From Raillietiella orientalis (Eukaryota): 64,000 bases of DNA. Position numbers and translations under genes: made by a program. The notes under the pieces are model-generated. The model worked only from the letters and a program-made list of their open reading frames with translations. It did no database searches and was not told the DNA's origin. Shown piece after piece: positions 51,700-64,000 of this stretch. The DNA is taken from the NCBI GenBank assembly GCA_036172245.1, contig JAYWIR010000042.1, positions 1,178,001-1,242,000 on the forward strand, given 5' to 3'. Numbering within the stretch: position 1 is the first letter of the stretch; every line of letters begins with the position of its first letter.

Positions 51700-52450
51700 A
51701 CTTTGGTGTCCTTTCCGCGTGCATCTTTGTAGCGCTTTGTTTCATGTTGCGTCTGCGGCAGGTCGCTTGCTGATGTCCTCTTTTTCTTCCTCCTTGGATT
51801 CTTCTGTCCTGCTCTTCCCTTCTACGACGACGCCATGACGCCAGAGACAGCTCCCACCTCCGCCTCGCCATGGAAGGCGTGTTTGGGGCGCTTTCTCTCT
51901 CCGGGACGGTCTTCCCTTTCAGGATCTGCCGTTTTCCCTGCTGTCGCAGGTAGTCCCGCCGGAAGTCCTTCCTCGCGGCAGAGGTGCCATCACTCCTCCT
52001 CGCTCGGGAGCACGGATGCGATTGACCCACTTGGACGCATTTCCGGCAGCTTGCCGATGAGCCTGCCATGGTCCGATACCCCAAATTTTCGCAGTCTCCG
52101 TCATAATGGGAGAAGTGTTGCCACACACTGCTTCGGGGGATGGCCACTTCCAGAGAGAAACCCAGAGTCCCACGCAAGATCCTCTCCTTGACCTTTGATT
52201 CCCCGAAAACCAGCCTGTCGGGGATTCTGCTAAGTCCTTGTGCACGGAGCAGCCGCCGACAAGGGGAACGGCGGCTTTCGTGCGCTGGACGTCCATTTCC
52301 CTGCCTTGGATCTCATGGGCCGTGCTGTTTTGGCGACCAACACTTCCGGATGTGCAAATCGGTTTGCGGACGTTCTTCGTCCCGAGAGTCATTCGCCTGG
52401 TCGAGTGTGGGGGCGTTCCCACTGCTCCCGCCGCTGCCGTTGCTAAGGTC
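51700..52450 (-). mobile_element. Possible LINE ORF1 (gag-like) fragment
   Basis: RIPDRLVFG followed by a degenerate knuckle CRKCVQVGQSHPC. Confidence 0.35.
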
Positions 52451-52949
52451 AACGACGACGACGCGTTTGATGCGGAGTCTTACTCGCGAGGTGCCCCAGC
52501 GGTTAGTCCTTTCCTCTCACCGCGCTGGACTTCCGAAACACAGGGAGAGAAAGGGATCATTCGGTCTCTTACCTGAAAGTCTTCGGTTTCCATGAATTTG
52601 CACCAACGCCATAGTGTTGAGAGAGACCAGCCGTCATCCACCAGCGCCCTCAACTCAAAGGCGATGCAACCTTCCACCAGCTTTCCTCAGACCGGCTTGA
52701 GAAAGGGGGGAGGGTATTTCTGTTGGAGAGTCCCAACAAACGGGAATCACAAACAGAAGTAAAACTCGAGTGAGCAACGTTTGTTCACCTCGCCAGTTCC
52801 ACCTTCTGCTAGAATTCCCCCCATGCCCCCCACAAACGATGGGAAGAATTTATTTTCATAACTTATTTATACAAATAAAGACGCGAAACAACTTTCTTTC
52901 AGCGTTTACTGCGCTGAAATGTGGCCTTGCTCTTTCCAGGTTACCGCGT

Positions 52950-55900
52950 CCTTGGAATTTCACCAGGGATCACTGGGTTTCGCTCGCACCTGGCCGTTGC
53001 CTTGCGTTCTTCCCGGAGTGCAGAGATTTGTCTGGGCGGTGTTGACACCAATTTCCAGAGCTGTTCCTGGGTTTTTCCTTTCCCTGGTTTTTGCCCTTCT
53101 CACTGGGTTACTAGCGATGACGAGGGCAATGGTTGCCCTTACCATGGGACTATACAGGGGAAAGCGGCCGTCTCTTTGAAATAATCTACGCAGGATTTCT
53201 AGTTTTATCTGCACGTCGCCTTCTTGACCTCTTCCCAGTCTCGGCATAGCATTGGGCGGATGAAGACTGGGAATTTTCTTGCTGAAGCTTTCTGCAAACA
53301 GGGCATCCGTGTTGAGACAGGCATCAGCCTCCATTCTTTGACCAGACCAAGATCTCCCTTCGGCAGAAATATCATCCTTACCTTTCGGAAAGACGCAGGA
53401 AGTCTCCCTTCCTCTAGGATCCTATGCGTCGGTTCTTGGAAAAAGCATTGGTAGACATTCAGATACCGTTGACATTGAGAGATTGGTACACTATCGGATC
53501 CGGTGGCCATATCCTTCCGCAGTCCAGAGAAAGGTCCTTTCGATTTCTTCCGTGGTGACTCCTTCCCTTCCACGAGTACTGCCGATCATTCGCATCTCTT
53601 CGAAGATGCTGCAGGATTTTGCTCTCTGCCTCCCCGCACAGTGCGACTTGAGAACGAAAATGTTCGTCATGGTGGAGCTAATGACAGCCAAGATTCCATA
53701 AGTCTGTCCTTCGTACTGGATGCAAAAGATAGCCAAGGAGATGCTCTTCTTTTCCAGAAATCTGATACCTCCTTTGATGCTTTGGAATACGCGCCTCTTT
53801 TCGTACTGGTCTCACTACTTGGAGAGGGAGCAGTCTTTGCTTTTTCCGTCCCTAGTGCGCTTTCATCTTCCATCTTCCTATCTCATAGCTAAAAGTTGTT
53901 GAAGAAATGGGTCCCATGTTTCATCCCATCCCTGTTATCAACTCTACGAACGGTGGCGTCGCGCAGCATTGCTTCTGTGACTCCTTGGTGACGGAATCAG
54001 GCCGGGCACGCAGATGAGCAGACCTTGCAGCATGTTGCTGGAGTCGTGGCGGCGTGGAGAGATGCAAATGGAGAAACCAATGACAGGGACGCCATCCACT
54101 TCACTCTTTGCTTTCTACGGATAGCGGTAGCTCCTGAACATCTACATAAAGCAGGATCCTGCAGGCCTCCTTCAAAGGATGAAGAGGAAAGCCGCCAGCA
54201 TACTGTGACTCCTTCCCGTACCCCCCAAAATTGCGCTATTTTTATTTTGTTAATTTTTATTTTTGTTTGCCCTTTCCCCTCTGCTTTCATGGTAGACCTG
54301 CGAAAGACCATGCGTAGACCGGTAAAATGGCAAAGTATATACAAAAAGGACGTTTGTGATGTTTATTTTATTTCTAAATAAACGCCCGGGCGAATCCGAT
54401 TAAAAATTCTTCCTGAGAAGGTTCTATGTCTTCTAGTAAATCGCAGCAGGGTGTGCTCCGAGAGCAGAGTCTACTTGCCTGGGAACCACTACCCCGTGTC
54501 CTCGCTGAAGAGCCATCCCTTTCATTGTTTTCTATGCATTCCCTTAACTGCTTACTACCTGATACGCCGCCACCAATCTGATGGCCAGCATCTTAAACTA
54601 CTTTTTGTAGTAGGTGGGATGCTTGGAGCTTGTTCCTCTCCTGGAGAGGGTCTACCCAGTAGTGCTCCGAAGTCGGCCTTCTTCCATGGGGAGGACGACA
54701 GCTCAAGAGCAAAGTCAAAAAAACGGAAGCTGAAGAGCCCTCTTGTCTGGCTCACGAGCGGCTCCCGGTCTCTTGCGAGGTCGATCGGTCTGTGTCGGCC
54801 GGCCATCCACAGAAGTGCGGAGGCAGTTGCCGATTCGCCCTGCTTGCTCGGCAATCTCCGCTCCACTCGATGTTTAATGGGATGTTCAGATCGCCCACGA
54901 CGACAGCGACGGTGTGGCCTTTCTGAGCAGAAGAGCTCGCGCTGATTCCGCGCGCCGATCCTTTCCCTCGCGTGATCCGCACGCAAACCCTGGAAACAGG
55001 CGAGTCTTTCCAGTCCGGGAGCGTCCGGGCTCGACGGATTCGGCCGTGCCGCGGAGAAAACGGCTTGTGTACGATCCCGCTTTCGAAGAGGATCTCCCCA
55101 CCTTCTTCTTGCCGGCGCTGACGAGGGAAGCTGGGCATCTCTCGAGTTCCAGTTCGACCGCGATCCACCTAGCGTGTTTTCTTGCATGCACACGATGTGG
55201 TCGCGCTTGATGGTCCTTGTGACGCGCCTCCACCTGTCCTGGTTCCACGTTCCATCGATGCTCCAGGGTACAGTACGGGCACTCGTGATCGATCGTTATG
55301 AGGAGGGGTTCACTGTGTCTCAGTGTCTGGTCTTCCCCTTCTTCTTTCTTTGCCTAGGAGACTGGAGGCTCTTCCTATTGGCAGCCGTATCTTTCCCCAT
55401 GTCGCTTCCAGACTCAGCGTGGTCTGTGCTTTCCAGGATACGTTTATTATGCTTCCTGGACCCTTAAGTTGGTCCTCCTCGTCCTCCTTTCAGGAAGCGT
55501 GGTCTTCTTGCTCGCCATTCCAGTGAATTCGTCTGTCACCAGATTCAACTGTGCTTTCAGCTCCGACCTCTTCTCCTCGTTCGTTGCTATCTGCGGCGAT
55601 GGCGTCCTGAACGTCGCGAATCCGGGGCGAGGCATCGCCTTGTTCCTCGATGCTGGTGCCCAGTCGCACCTCTCTTTCATCATGGAGTGCGAGAACGATG
55701 CCCCTTCCCCCGCAAACTGAAGATCGGCAATGGGCTGGTCGATCTTTGGTACGTGGGGAAGCCACTGTGGCCACTGTGACGTCACGGGATGTCTAAAAAA
55801 GAGGTGAACGAGCATCCACTCTTTCGAGAATGTCAACTGCTCGCTCATTCACCTGTCTTTCTTCCTGCTCGGCTACCATGTTAGCTCGGCTACCAAGCCC

Positions 55901-56330
55901 ATGTTATCTGGCGTTCGCGAGGGTTGCAGCTCTTCCCTGGATCCCTTTCTCTTATTTTCCCTATCCCCCATTTCCGTAAAGGCTGCGCCTGCGACTGTAA
56001 TCTCTCTTCCAGATTTTCCTTCCATTTTCTGTTTCGTCCACTTCGGAAAGGTGGACTCGGGGAATCGAGCCGCTGTGAATGCTTCCTGAGTCCTCGCTCC
56101 GTAGGGTCCGATCACCCGCAATGGCAGCACTGCCTCAGTTGCAGGGGCGGCGTTGGTGGCATTGTGGCCGCGGTCTCCGGCGTGGTGCCAAACGTTGCGG
56201 GCTTGAATCTCACCCGGAGAAGGGCGGAAGCCGAGAGATGGGGGTGAGTCGTGAGTCCCAATCCCCCCCCCTCAGGATGACGCTGGTTGGCCTGGTAGGC
56301 TTCGAGCGCGGCATTGGTTGACACCCGGTC
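52950..56330 (-). mobile_element. Decayed L1/Tx1-like element (ORF1 end, APE endonuclease, RT N-half) with a nested opposite-strand insertion
   Basis: CCHCG knuckle-like motif (~56115-56130), TVPWSIDG...IKRDHIVCMQE (APE start, ~55175-55280) and ATGSDSVP..ILEEGRLPASFRKVRMIFLPKGDL..KEWR (RT, ~53320-53510). Confidence 0.75.
54020..54395 (+). mobile_element. Nested 5'-truncated 3' end of the L1/Tx1-like family
   Basis: GVVAAWRDANGETNDRDAIHFTLCFLRIAV is homologous to 24.3 kb. T-rich UTR, AATAAA at 54377-54382, then palindrome cgcccgggcg. Confidence 0.7.
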
Positions 56331-56334
56331 ACTC

Positions 56335-57180
56335 TGGGGCTTTTATTTATGAAAAATAAACGTCTGTGGCAAGAGGTTTGATCCTACCACGTTACTTATA
56401 GCCACGAGAAAGAACTTTCCTGGAACTGAAATGCAGGCCAGCGAGGTTCGCCTCGACAGCACAGGGGAAGGTAAGACAAACAAAAAGAAAAAAAAATAAA
56501 ACAAAAAAAATCAAAAAATGGGGGGGTTCGGGAAGGGGTCATTAAGTGCTGGAGGATGTTGTCTGCATCCTATGCAGGATGCCGACAAGTTCCTGTTTCA
56601 AGACTCCCAGATGGTGCCATCTCCACGATCCTCATGAAGAGTACAGCAAAGTAGATGGCGTCCCTTGGTGCGGCGTGGGCAGGACGGCCGGCCTGGATCC
56701 ACCTGGTGATCCCCAGGGGCAGGCACATCAGGTGCCTTGGCGTTCCGTTGGGGGACTTCTGCGTAGCAGAAACCTGGTCCGGCCGTCTTCAAAAAGTAGA
56801 AATGGCGCCCGGCCCGTTCCAGAAGGGCAGGTTTTATCTGCCGGAACGGTCTGCGGTGTGAAACACGTTCGCGGCTCCCATCTTCCGCTCCTTACGATGG
56901 CGAACGGTGGACATCTCAGCGAAGTATTGGAGAGTCTCCTGATGCGTTCCTGCACGCATCCTTTCCAGTCGTGTATCCCGTACGGAAGGACTTGCCTCTT
57001 ACCTTTTGTGCTCTGTCCGAAAGGTAAGAGGTCCATAGTCCATTCACTCATCAGCTTCTTCCTGCGATCCCGCAGCGAGCAGCACCCCCAGCAGCGCTTG
57101 GCTGCATCCGCGGGATTGTGGAGGCCTGGGGTGGAGCCGACGAGGGAAGAAACGGGAAACCATGCAAGAAGCATGCAATA
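56335..57180 (-). mobile_element. 3' part of the L1/Tx1-like family (inverted copy)
   Basis: Reverse-complement similarity to 24.3-24.7 kb (e.g. gggacgccatct.ctttg, aaacaggaacttg.cggcatcctgca, gcgaacctcgc.ggcctgc) and AATAAA on the minus strand at 56342-56347. Confidence 0.75.
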
Positions 57181-57964
57181 GTGAGATGGTACGACTCTGA
57201 AATGGGTAGGGATTCTCTCCAATAAAACACTGGAACCCTTTTCAGTCAGACGAGGTGGAGATCAAATGTGTTGCTGCAGCAAGTAAATTAAAAAAAATTC
57301 CTACCCTGGAAGGCTGAGAGCTCATCGTCCTCTGCTCAAAGATGAGCCGAAAATTCCCAATTCGTGCTTCCATACATTCACCTAGTTTGTTTGCTTAGCG
57401 CCTAGTAGTGATCTGGAAGGGAGTGTGGAGGAATTGCCAGTAATTTTAATTATGACAAATCAAAGAGCTGCACCTCTTGCTGATCCTTTCCCTTCCAGAA
57501 GTGGCAGTCGGAGGAAGAATCACTGGAACAGGGGAAGGTGCTGAAAGCGATCCCTCATGGAAGTATTAATATCTTCCATGGTCGAGTCGGGGACTGTGAT
57601 TAATCTTGAATGATGGGTCGGTGGCTACGCGTGCAGTTCATCTTGGGTATGATTTTCGAAAGCAGAAGTCTTGGAAGGTATGGGGCGTTTAATACAGCAG
57701 AATATGGAATCCAAACACCCATGATTTCGATGCCAGGATGGCACAGTAGAACAAATGGGAGCAAAATTCGTGTGACCACAAGAGGACAAGACGAACTTGC
57801 AGCACGAATTATAAGTTCGTTAAGGAAATTCAAAATAAATTTTCAAACTGGGAATACTTCTTGCAATTCAAGGAACTGAAAAAGAATATTAAATGTTCCT
57901 TCGACCCAAATAGAATTTCGTCTTCATGAGAGAAAGTGTATTGAACTGCTGCATTGCGTTTATA

Positions 57965-58209
57965 CAGTGGTACCTCGAACGAGTTTTTCAAATAACGAAT
58001 AACGGAAACGCTTGAAATGCACAGAAAGCACAAAAAAAGAGGAACGATTCGTGAGGCACTCTATGGAAGACTAAAGCGTTCCCTTGTTTCATCATGAGAG
58101 TGGGCTTCCGAGAATGTTCCGAGTGTCGAAACCTTTTTTTTTCTCGTGAAAATGCGACGAGTACTGAGTTTGACGAGTTCCGAAACCGTCGAGTACCGAG
58201 GTACCACGG
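57965..58209. mobile_element. Tc1/mariner (pogo/Tigger-like) MITE
   Basis: TIRs cagtggtacctcg (57965-57977) / cgaggtaccacgg (58197-58209) match at 12 of 13 positions. TA on the left flank and CA on the right (probably a mutated TSD); no ORF. Confidence 0.75.
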
Positions 58210-59149
58210 CATTGTGTTTATTTCGGACGTCTCTGTACCGGGAATGCAGGCTCATCAACAACCGAGGAATAAGATAGATTTGTGTTGAAAGTGAAATGCT
58301 GTGAGAACAAAGCAACAGAAACTGATTAAAATATCTATCTATCTATCCAGATAGATAGATTGATAGATGGAATTGCAGAGATTTAAAATAATCGGTACAG
58401 TCATCTCACCTAAGTGACCTGATTTTAAATCCCTTCTGCATTTATGCTTTCGCACGAGCAGACTTTTTCATCCGGCAATATCTTGCTTTCAGCTGTTGCT
58501 GTATAAAACAATCTGTTGCATCTTGGAAAAAGGGGGAAAAAAGGGCTTCAACCAGAACAGGAATATCGATGAGAATAAATCCATATTTACAAAATCTTTG
58601 CAAGAATCAACAGATCCAGAAGTGTGAAGAACACATGGCAGCAAACAAATTCAAAGCAATGTGTTTGTGCCTCACCACAACCTGCTCTCTGGATTTGGAT
58701 GCTGTTCTTCAGTGCTATCACACGCCCCTGAACCTTCTTGTTGCCACCTTCGCCATGGTTGCCACTTCCTCAGCGCTTCAGCTTTCATCAGAGTTCGTGT
58801 ACTCGAAAGACAAAAAAAAAAAAAAAACGCCAGCAGCGGTCACCCTGCCCCTTAGCGGATTAGGTAGCGACCACTTCTTTCCCAGACGTGCCTGCAGGCC
58901 GCCGGGATTCCTCTGGGAGATGATTCCAGCGAGTCCTGGGTGCCGCCTGCAGCCGGAAATGCAGAGTTTCCGAGAGCCGAGGAGGTTTGTCTCTTTCTCC
59001 TTGGTCTGCTCCCTTCCACTCCTTCCCCTCCGTCCTGCTCCCTGCCCTGTTAAGCGATGCTGCTCCCACGACGAGCAGAGTTCAAGAAGGTCGCGTTGCC
59101 GGGGGGGGGGCGCTCTCTCCTCCGTCACCCTCCGTCCCTCCTCTTGCAG

Positions 59150-59276
59150 AAGCGCGACAACATGGTGCAGAAGTGCCATTCGCTGAGCCTGGAGGCGAAG
59201 ATCGCGGACTCGGAACAGAACGAGCTGAAGATGCTGAACTGCCAGCTGAAGGAGGACAACGAGAGTCTGAGTTCAG
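59150..59276 (+). CDS. Internal exon of an unidentified coiled-coil host gene
   Basis: Pyrimidine-rich acceptor ctcttgcag, GC3-biased codons reading KRDNMVQKCHSLSLEAKIADSEQNELKMLNCQLKEDNESLSS, then a GT donor. Neighbouring short exon-like segments lie at ~58870-59090. Confidence 0.4.
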
Positions 59277-62200
59277 GTTGTTGTGTGTTCGGACTCTGCA
59301 GAGTGGTGGGTTGGTTCGGAAGACCCATTTCTCCAAATGAAGTCAGAGCCAGGAACCGGGAATCAGACCCATTTTTCAGAACTGAACGAGCTCGGAGGCA
59401 ACCGTAAAATATTCCGATAGGTCGTAAGCATGAGCATTCCATTCATGTCGACAGAAAGCCTGAAGATCTGTTTCCTCGGCTGCTTTTTTCCTTAATACAT
59501 GCTTGAGAAAGGTGCTGTTAGGATGCCTTCCTAAGTCAGTCTTTGTTTTGTTTTGTTTTGCTTTTTTTAAAAAAAGAAATAATCGAACATTTCTGTCGAA
59601 AGCATGTTTTTGAAAGAAACACCATTTGAACTATTCGACGTGAATGCAGCGTTTCAGTTCAGTAATGGTTCTCACAGCTCCAATGATAAACAGGAAAAAA
59701 TCGGCTAAAATTGTCCATGAAAGACGATACTGACTACTCTAGAATAATTTAGCAGTACTTCCCGCATGTTTTGGAAGAATTCTAAAACAGTTTTTCCCCA
59801 AAATCAATTTTTTCCTTCTTGCGCTCAAGCCAAGACTTCAGTGATTCAGTGACTTTCAGTGATTCGCTTGCTGACCTTTTTTTTGATTTCAAAACCAAAG
59901 AACAGTCACAGTCTCTTTTTGAGAACATCGATGTAAAAGAATTCCTCTTTACTCCTGAACGTGTTGTGAGGAATCGGGAATCCCACTGTGGTGCTCAGTT
60001 ATTGTACTTTCTGATACAGGGAATTGCACGTGTCAGCATGAAACCGAGAAGCAGCATGCGTATAAAAATTCCGGTTATTAAATTATCAAATTCCGGCCTT
60101 GAGTAACTACTTATTGATTTTTTCGCCGTCATTAAGATCACTTTTGCCTCACTTCAAAGAAGACAGTCCTCGGTCCGTTGGTTTCCTTTTCTTTTTCGAC
60201 TGAACGGTAACCCCTAGGTTCAAAACAACGTTCAAACCAGAGTCTCATCCAGGTCAGGATGTTCAGGCATGGACCCCATCCAGATGCAAAGTGAAGCAAA
60301 TAACCGTGAAAAGTGGCACACAAAACTCGACACCCAAATCTCAATTCTTGTTTTCTTTTGTGCATAACACATCGAAAAAAGTCTCACATTATCAGCTGTG
60401 CCCTAAGTAATATTGGCCAAGTTATCAGTGGTGTCATTTTAATTAGGTAAAAATTAAACCTTAGCGTTAGCCCAAATCTTGACAAGCTACTCACCTAAAA
60501 GGCACATCATTTTATTTTCCCTACGGCGATGATGCTTGAGTCGAATTTTTCTCCGATCACGCTATCCATTTGTATTTAAAATGAAGATTTGCATCAAAAT
60601 GTCAATTTGGTTTAGTTTTAATGATTCCTTCGTAATTACTTTAATTTGGCAATTATACAGGCAATTTCTATTGCAATTCTGTGGAAACTTACAGCATCTC
60701 AGCGTCCATTCGGAAAGCTGGGATGCAATTTTGGCAAAATTTCCCGTGGTTGCGCGAGTTGTGGCAACCCGTGGTTAACGGAAGCGACAATTGCAGCGTG
60801 CCGGTAAGTCGGCCATGTTTTCGAATTTATCCAGTTTCCGGAATTAGAGTTTTATTCTGGATGAAAGCCATGTTTCTTATAAATACGAATAGGGGAAATT
60901 TCCACGAAAACCGTTCTTTTGTGTTTAGAAAATCACTTATTTTATCGAAACTTCAAAAGTCAGATTTCCCAAATGTCAGTCTTCCTGTCGCTCATGTATA
61001 ACATTACTAAAATGTGGTGGTCAGTTGTTATTGTGTTCCTTCATTTCAGCAGTCATCCTAAGTGACATCAATGGACAAACCTAACGGAGAAAAAGGACGC
61101 ACACCTCGGGCCGGTTGGCGGTCTTCACTGAAAACTGGGAATATAACGCGCTGTTAATGGAGCTGACCCAGGGTCTGCTCCCAATGAAGACATAATTCAT
61201 TCGGTGTTGGGTCTTGGATGTTAATGAAACCGACGCCTCGTGGGTCCATCTTTAACTCTATGGGGATCGAAGTTAAAGTGAAAATCAAAATGCTAATTTC
61301 AATACGTGGGCAAACGAGTGCACGGACGACCGTGAATACGGAGGCAGTAATGTTGATTGACATCTTCGACACAGATTCCAGACTTAGACGGACATCAATG
61401 CACTGGAAGCATCCGAGCGCGATTCCCCTCATCTTCAGTATCTGAAAGAACTGCCTAGTGGAGACCAGTGTCCGTTCATCTCCTCCTCCATGCGGAATAC
61501 CTCCCTAGAAGACTTAGGGAGTGTGACTCATCGGCGACCGAGTCATCTGCACGCAGCAGACGACGTCCATCCCATACGATGGAGCCCTACAATTTTTTTG
61601 TTGATTCCACAAGTGCTGAAGAACCGTTCGCCACCTTAGGGAATGCTCACGGAGCTTTTTCACAAGGTTCCATGTCACTCGAGGGTGCGTGTTGACTCTT
61701 CAAGTTACGGTTGGATGCCCTGGAAGCGTACCACTTTATAAATCCAGGAAGGGCTCCGGAGCAAGGAATGCTTATTGGGAACCCTCGCCCTGGTTGTCTC
61801 CTAAGGAAACCTCTTTCCTATTCTCTACGGGGTTGAACCTGGCTGGCCCACGGACTTTGCGGCACTGGTGGAAGTCGGATGTCCCCCTCGAACTGGATTG
61901 GTGCTTGACCTTCCAGGATCCTTCTGGGAATCAAGGAGTCCGGTTCCCTTCGGGGTTCCTCCCTACGGTTGTGAAAATGGAGCCGTCCATCTCTTACCAC
62001 GAAGCGGGTGGATCGATACCTCTCCAGAGTGTCCAGAAGCGCGCTGATCCCTTCGGAGAGCGACCCTTCAGAGAAAATCGGAAACATCCCTTCGGGGTTC
62101 TCTTCAGAGTAGGAAACAGGGAGAAGACCCTTTCCGGGTTTCCCCTCCGGAGAAGAAATGACGAATCCGCTCTGGGAATTCGCTCCGGACCCCCACAATG

Positions 62201-62476
62201 CAGCGTGAGAGGCAAAGAACTCTTCCCTCTTGGAGCCTTCCTGCGTTCATAGGGTGATCCCCTATGACTTGGAGAGCGAACATGCACCCTCGGGCGGCGT
62301 GGAACAGTGTCGACGAGCTGCGTGAGCCCCTAGGCGGACGGTTCCTCAGTGCTTGTCGAATCGAGAAAAAGGCAAACCCGAAAAAAACACACACACGCAC
62401 ACTGGGAGGAAAACAGCGAAATAGAAGAACTCAAAGTGATCTCCGTCGTCTGCTGAGGATGTGACCCATCTTCGGA

Positions 62477-62511
62477 CGCTTCTCTGCCTTTTGGCTAAGA
62501 TCAAAGTGCAG
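62477..62511 (+). ncRNA. RNU2: U2 snRNA 5' fragment (pseudogene or retrotransposon target remnant)
   Basis: cgcttctctgccttttggctaagatcaaagtgcag vs U2 5' end (AT)CGCTTCTCGGCCTTTTGGCTAAGATCAAAGTGTAG: 2 mismatches in 35 nt. The rest of U2 is absent. Confidence 0.85.
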
Positions 62512-64000
62512 GAAGTGGTGTGCTCGAGCATGCAGCATTCCAGGGACATCTACTGGAAACGTCGGATAAGTTGCAGCCTGTAACGAAAAGACCACTGAAA
62601 GATCGCAGATGTTGAAGAGAATGGCCGGGAGGAGGAGCGACAGGAACTCTCTGCTTGTTTGTACCTCCCCGCGCGTACGTTGCTATGTGCATGCACTAAA
62701 GTGTAGTCAAGGATTTCACTAAGTACACCTAAACATAAAAGGACATGCTGTTGCCATCTGGGAAGACTTGCGCTACGGCTTTCGCACCGCAGAGATGCCT
62801 CGCTGTTGCCTAAATTTACGGGGACGCGCATGGAGCTGCTGCACGAGAAACCAGGACTCCTCTGCAGCACGGGTTTCGTGTTCCCGGAAGGACGACACTA
62901 TCGATGCCACCTCATGCCTTCATCGTGTTCCCAGTGGAATTTAGGATCCCAGACCACCTTCCTCCAATCGTATCCTTTGACTGAAGCCCTGCTTCTCATT
63001 TTGTTCCTCACGCAGCTCGGTTGTAAAAAAGAGAGAGGATGAGGGGGGAAGGAAGAGAGAGAGGAGAGCTGTGGTACTCTGCAAAACAAGACGATCCGAT
63101 GCATCTGTTTTGCTTTTATCATTGTCTTTGGTTCCGTTCTCCGCAAGGAGCTGACAGTGATCAGCGGTCTTATCTTACCGAACGCTCACGAAAGCGAAAC
63201 AGTCGCACCATCCCTTCCAGCTGTCTTTAGGATGATCTCTGGGCACGTCTTTACGTCCCAGCAGCTGAAAATTTCTGGCACTGTGGAAGAAAAAAAGCTG
63301 CTTGATTGGAGAATCTTAGCGATATTTGGAATTTGCACCGACATCTTAAGAAGGAGAAGCAAAAAAACGAAACAAAACAGTTTGCTCCCGACTGCAGGGC
63401 TGTGCCAAAGGCGCGATTTCTTTGAAGAAAGTCGAGGAGACCAACTGGAAGTCATCTGCTGGCTTGGAGGCCTTGAAGACAAGCGCTACTTGCCATGGAA
63501 ACGCTGCAGCTTTTACCGGTGCGCTGAGCTCTCGAGCTTGCCTTTCCGTTTCGTTCTCTTGAATTTCCCTGTTTCGGAGTGAACAGCGTTGAAGAGCAGC
63601 TGGACTACTGCCACTTGCTGCAGAAGTCCTCCGCGGCGAAGAGTCGGAGGTTGCTGCGGTTGCTTGTGAGTGCAAGATCAGTCACCGGTGCCGTCAAGCA
63701 GGCGAGTCTCTCAATGCACAACGAACTTCCGTTTACGGGACAGCACTTTCTCAGGCGAGCGTTACCGGCCTTTGAGCTTCGCGCAAATTCTTATGCAGCA
63801 GCCGCTCGGTGCGTCTCCCCCTCCCACCCCCTTCCCCGAAGAACTCGCAATCCCTTCTTCATCTTAATGGGAACGGGATGTCCTGCCGTTTCTGCACTGG
63901 CGGGATTCGGGTGCGAAGCAGCGCAGGCGCTTGGTCTCCGGGGGGGAGATGCGTCTCCGAACTGTGCCGAGGGCGGGTCGGCGGAATCGCTCCCGCACCG

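Noticed and set aside
58331..58368. TATC/GATA inverted microsatellite hairpin
   Set aside because: Simple-sequence repeat; palindromy is expected from low complexity.
61154..61445. Exon-intron-exon-like structure on the minus strand
   Set aside because: Splice signals are plausible, but the peptide is unrecognisable and no further exons could be linked.

Overview
Eukaryotic (metazoan, probably arthropod-like) nuclear DNA. AT-rich blocks hold compact host genes, many with very short (40-50 nt) GT-AG introns: RPS17 (5' end outside the window), a TTC29-like gene apparently split by a ~16 kb repeat-filled intron, TMEM9, SMN and DNAAF2/kintoun. GC-rich blocks (about 4-28 kb and 50-64 kb) are graveyards of decayed L1/Tx1-like LINE fragments. 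The window also has a MULE transposase remnant, a pogo/Tigger-like MITE and a 5'-truncated Utopia/NeSL-type (RT + restriction-like endonuclease) retrotransposon. The most striking accessory element is an endogenous CRESS-DNA-virus module at about 32.87-33.51 kb. It has an open HUH Rep endonuclease ORF, its own TATA box and an intact 13-bp stem-loop origin carrying TAGTATTAC, in cyclovirus-like orientation, with no recognisable helicase or capsid. Further candidates are decayed negative-strand RNA virus L-polymerase fragments inside the TTC29 intron, a U2 snRNA 5' fragment ending at the Utopia/Keno target site, and repeated orphan ORFs. All homology calls come from motif recognition by eye; no searches were run.
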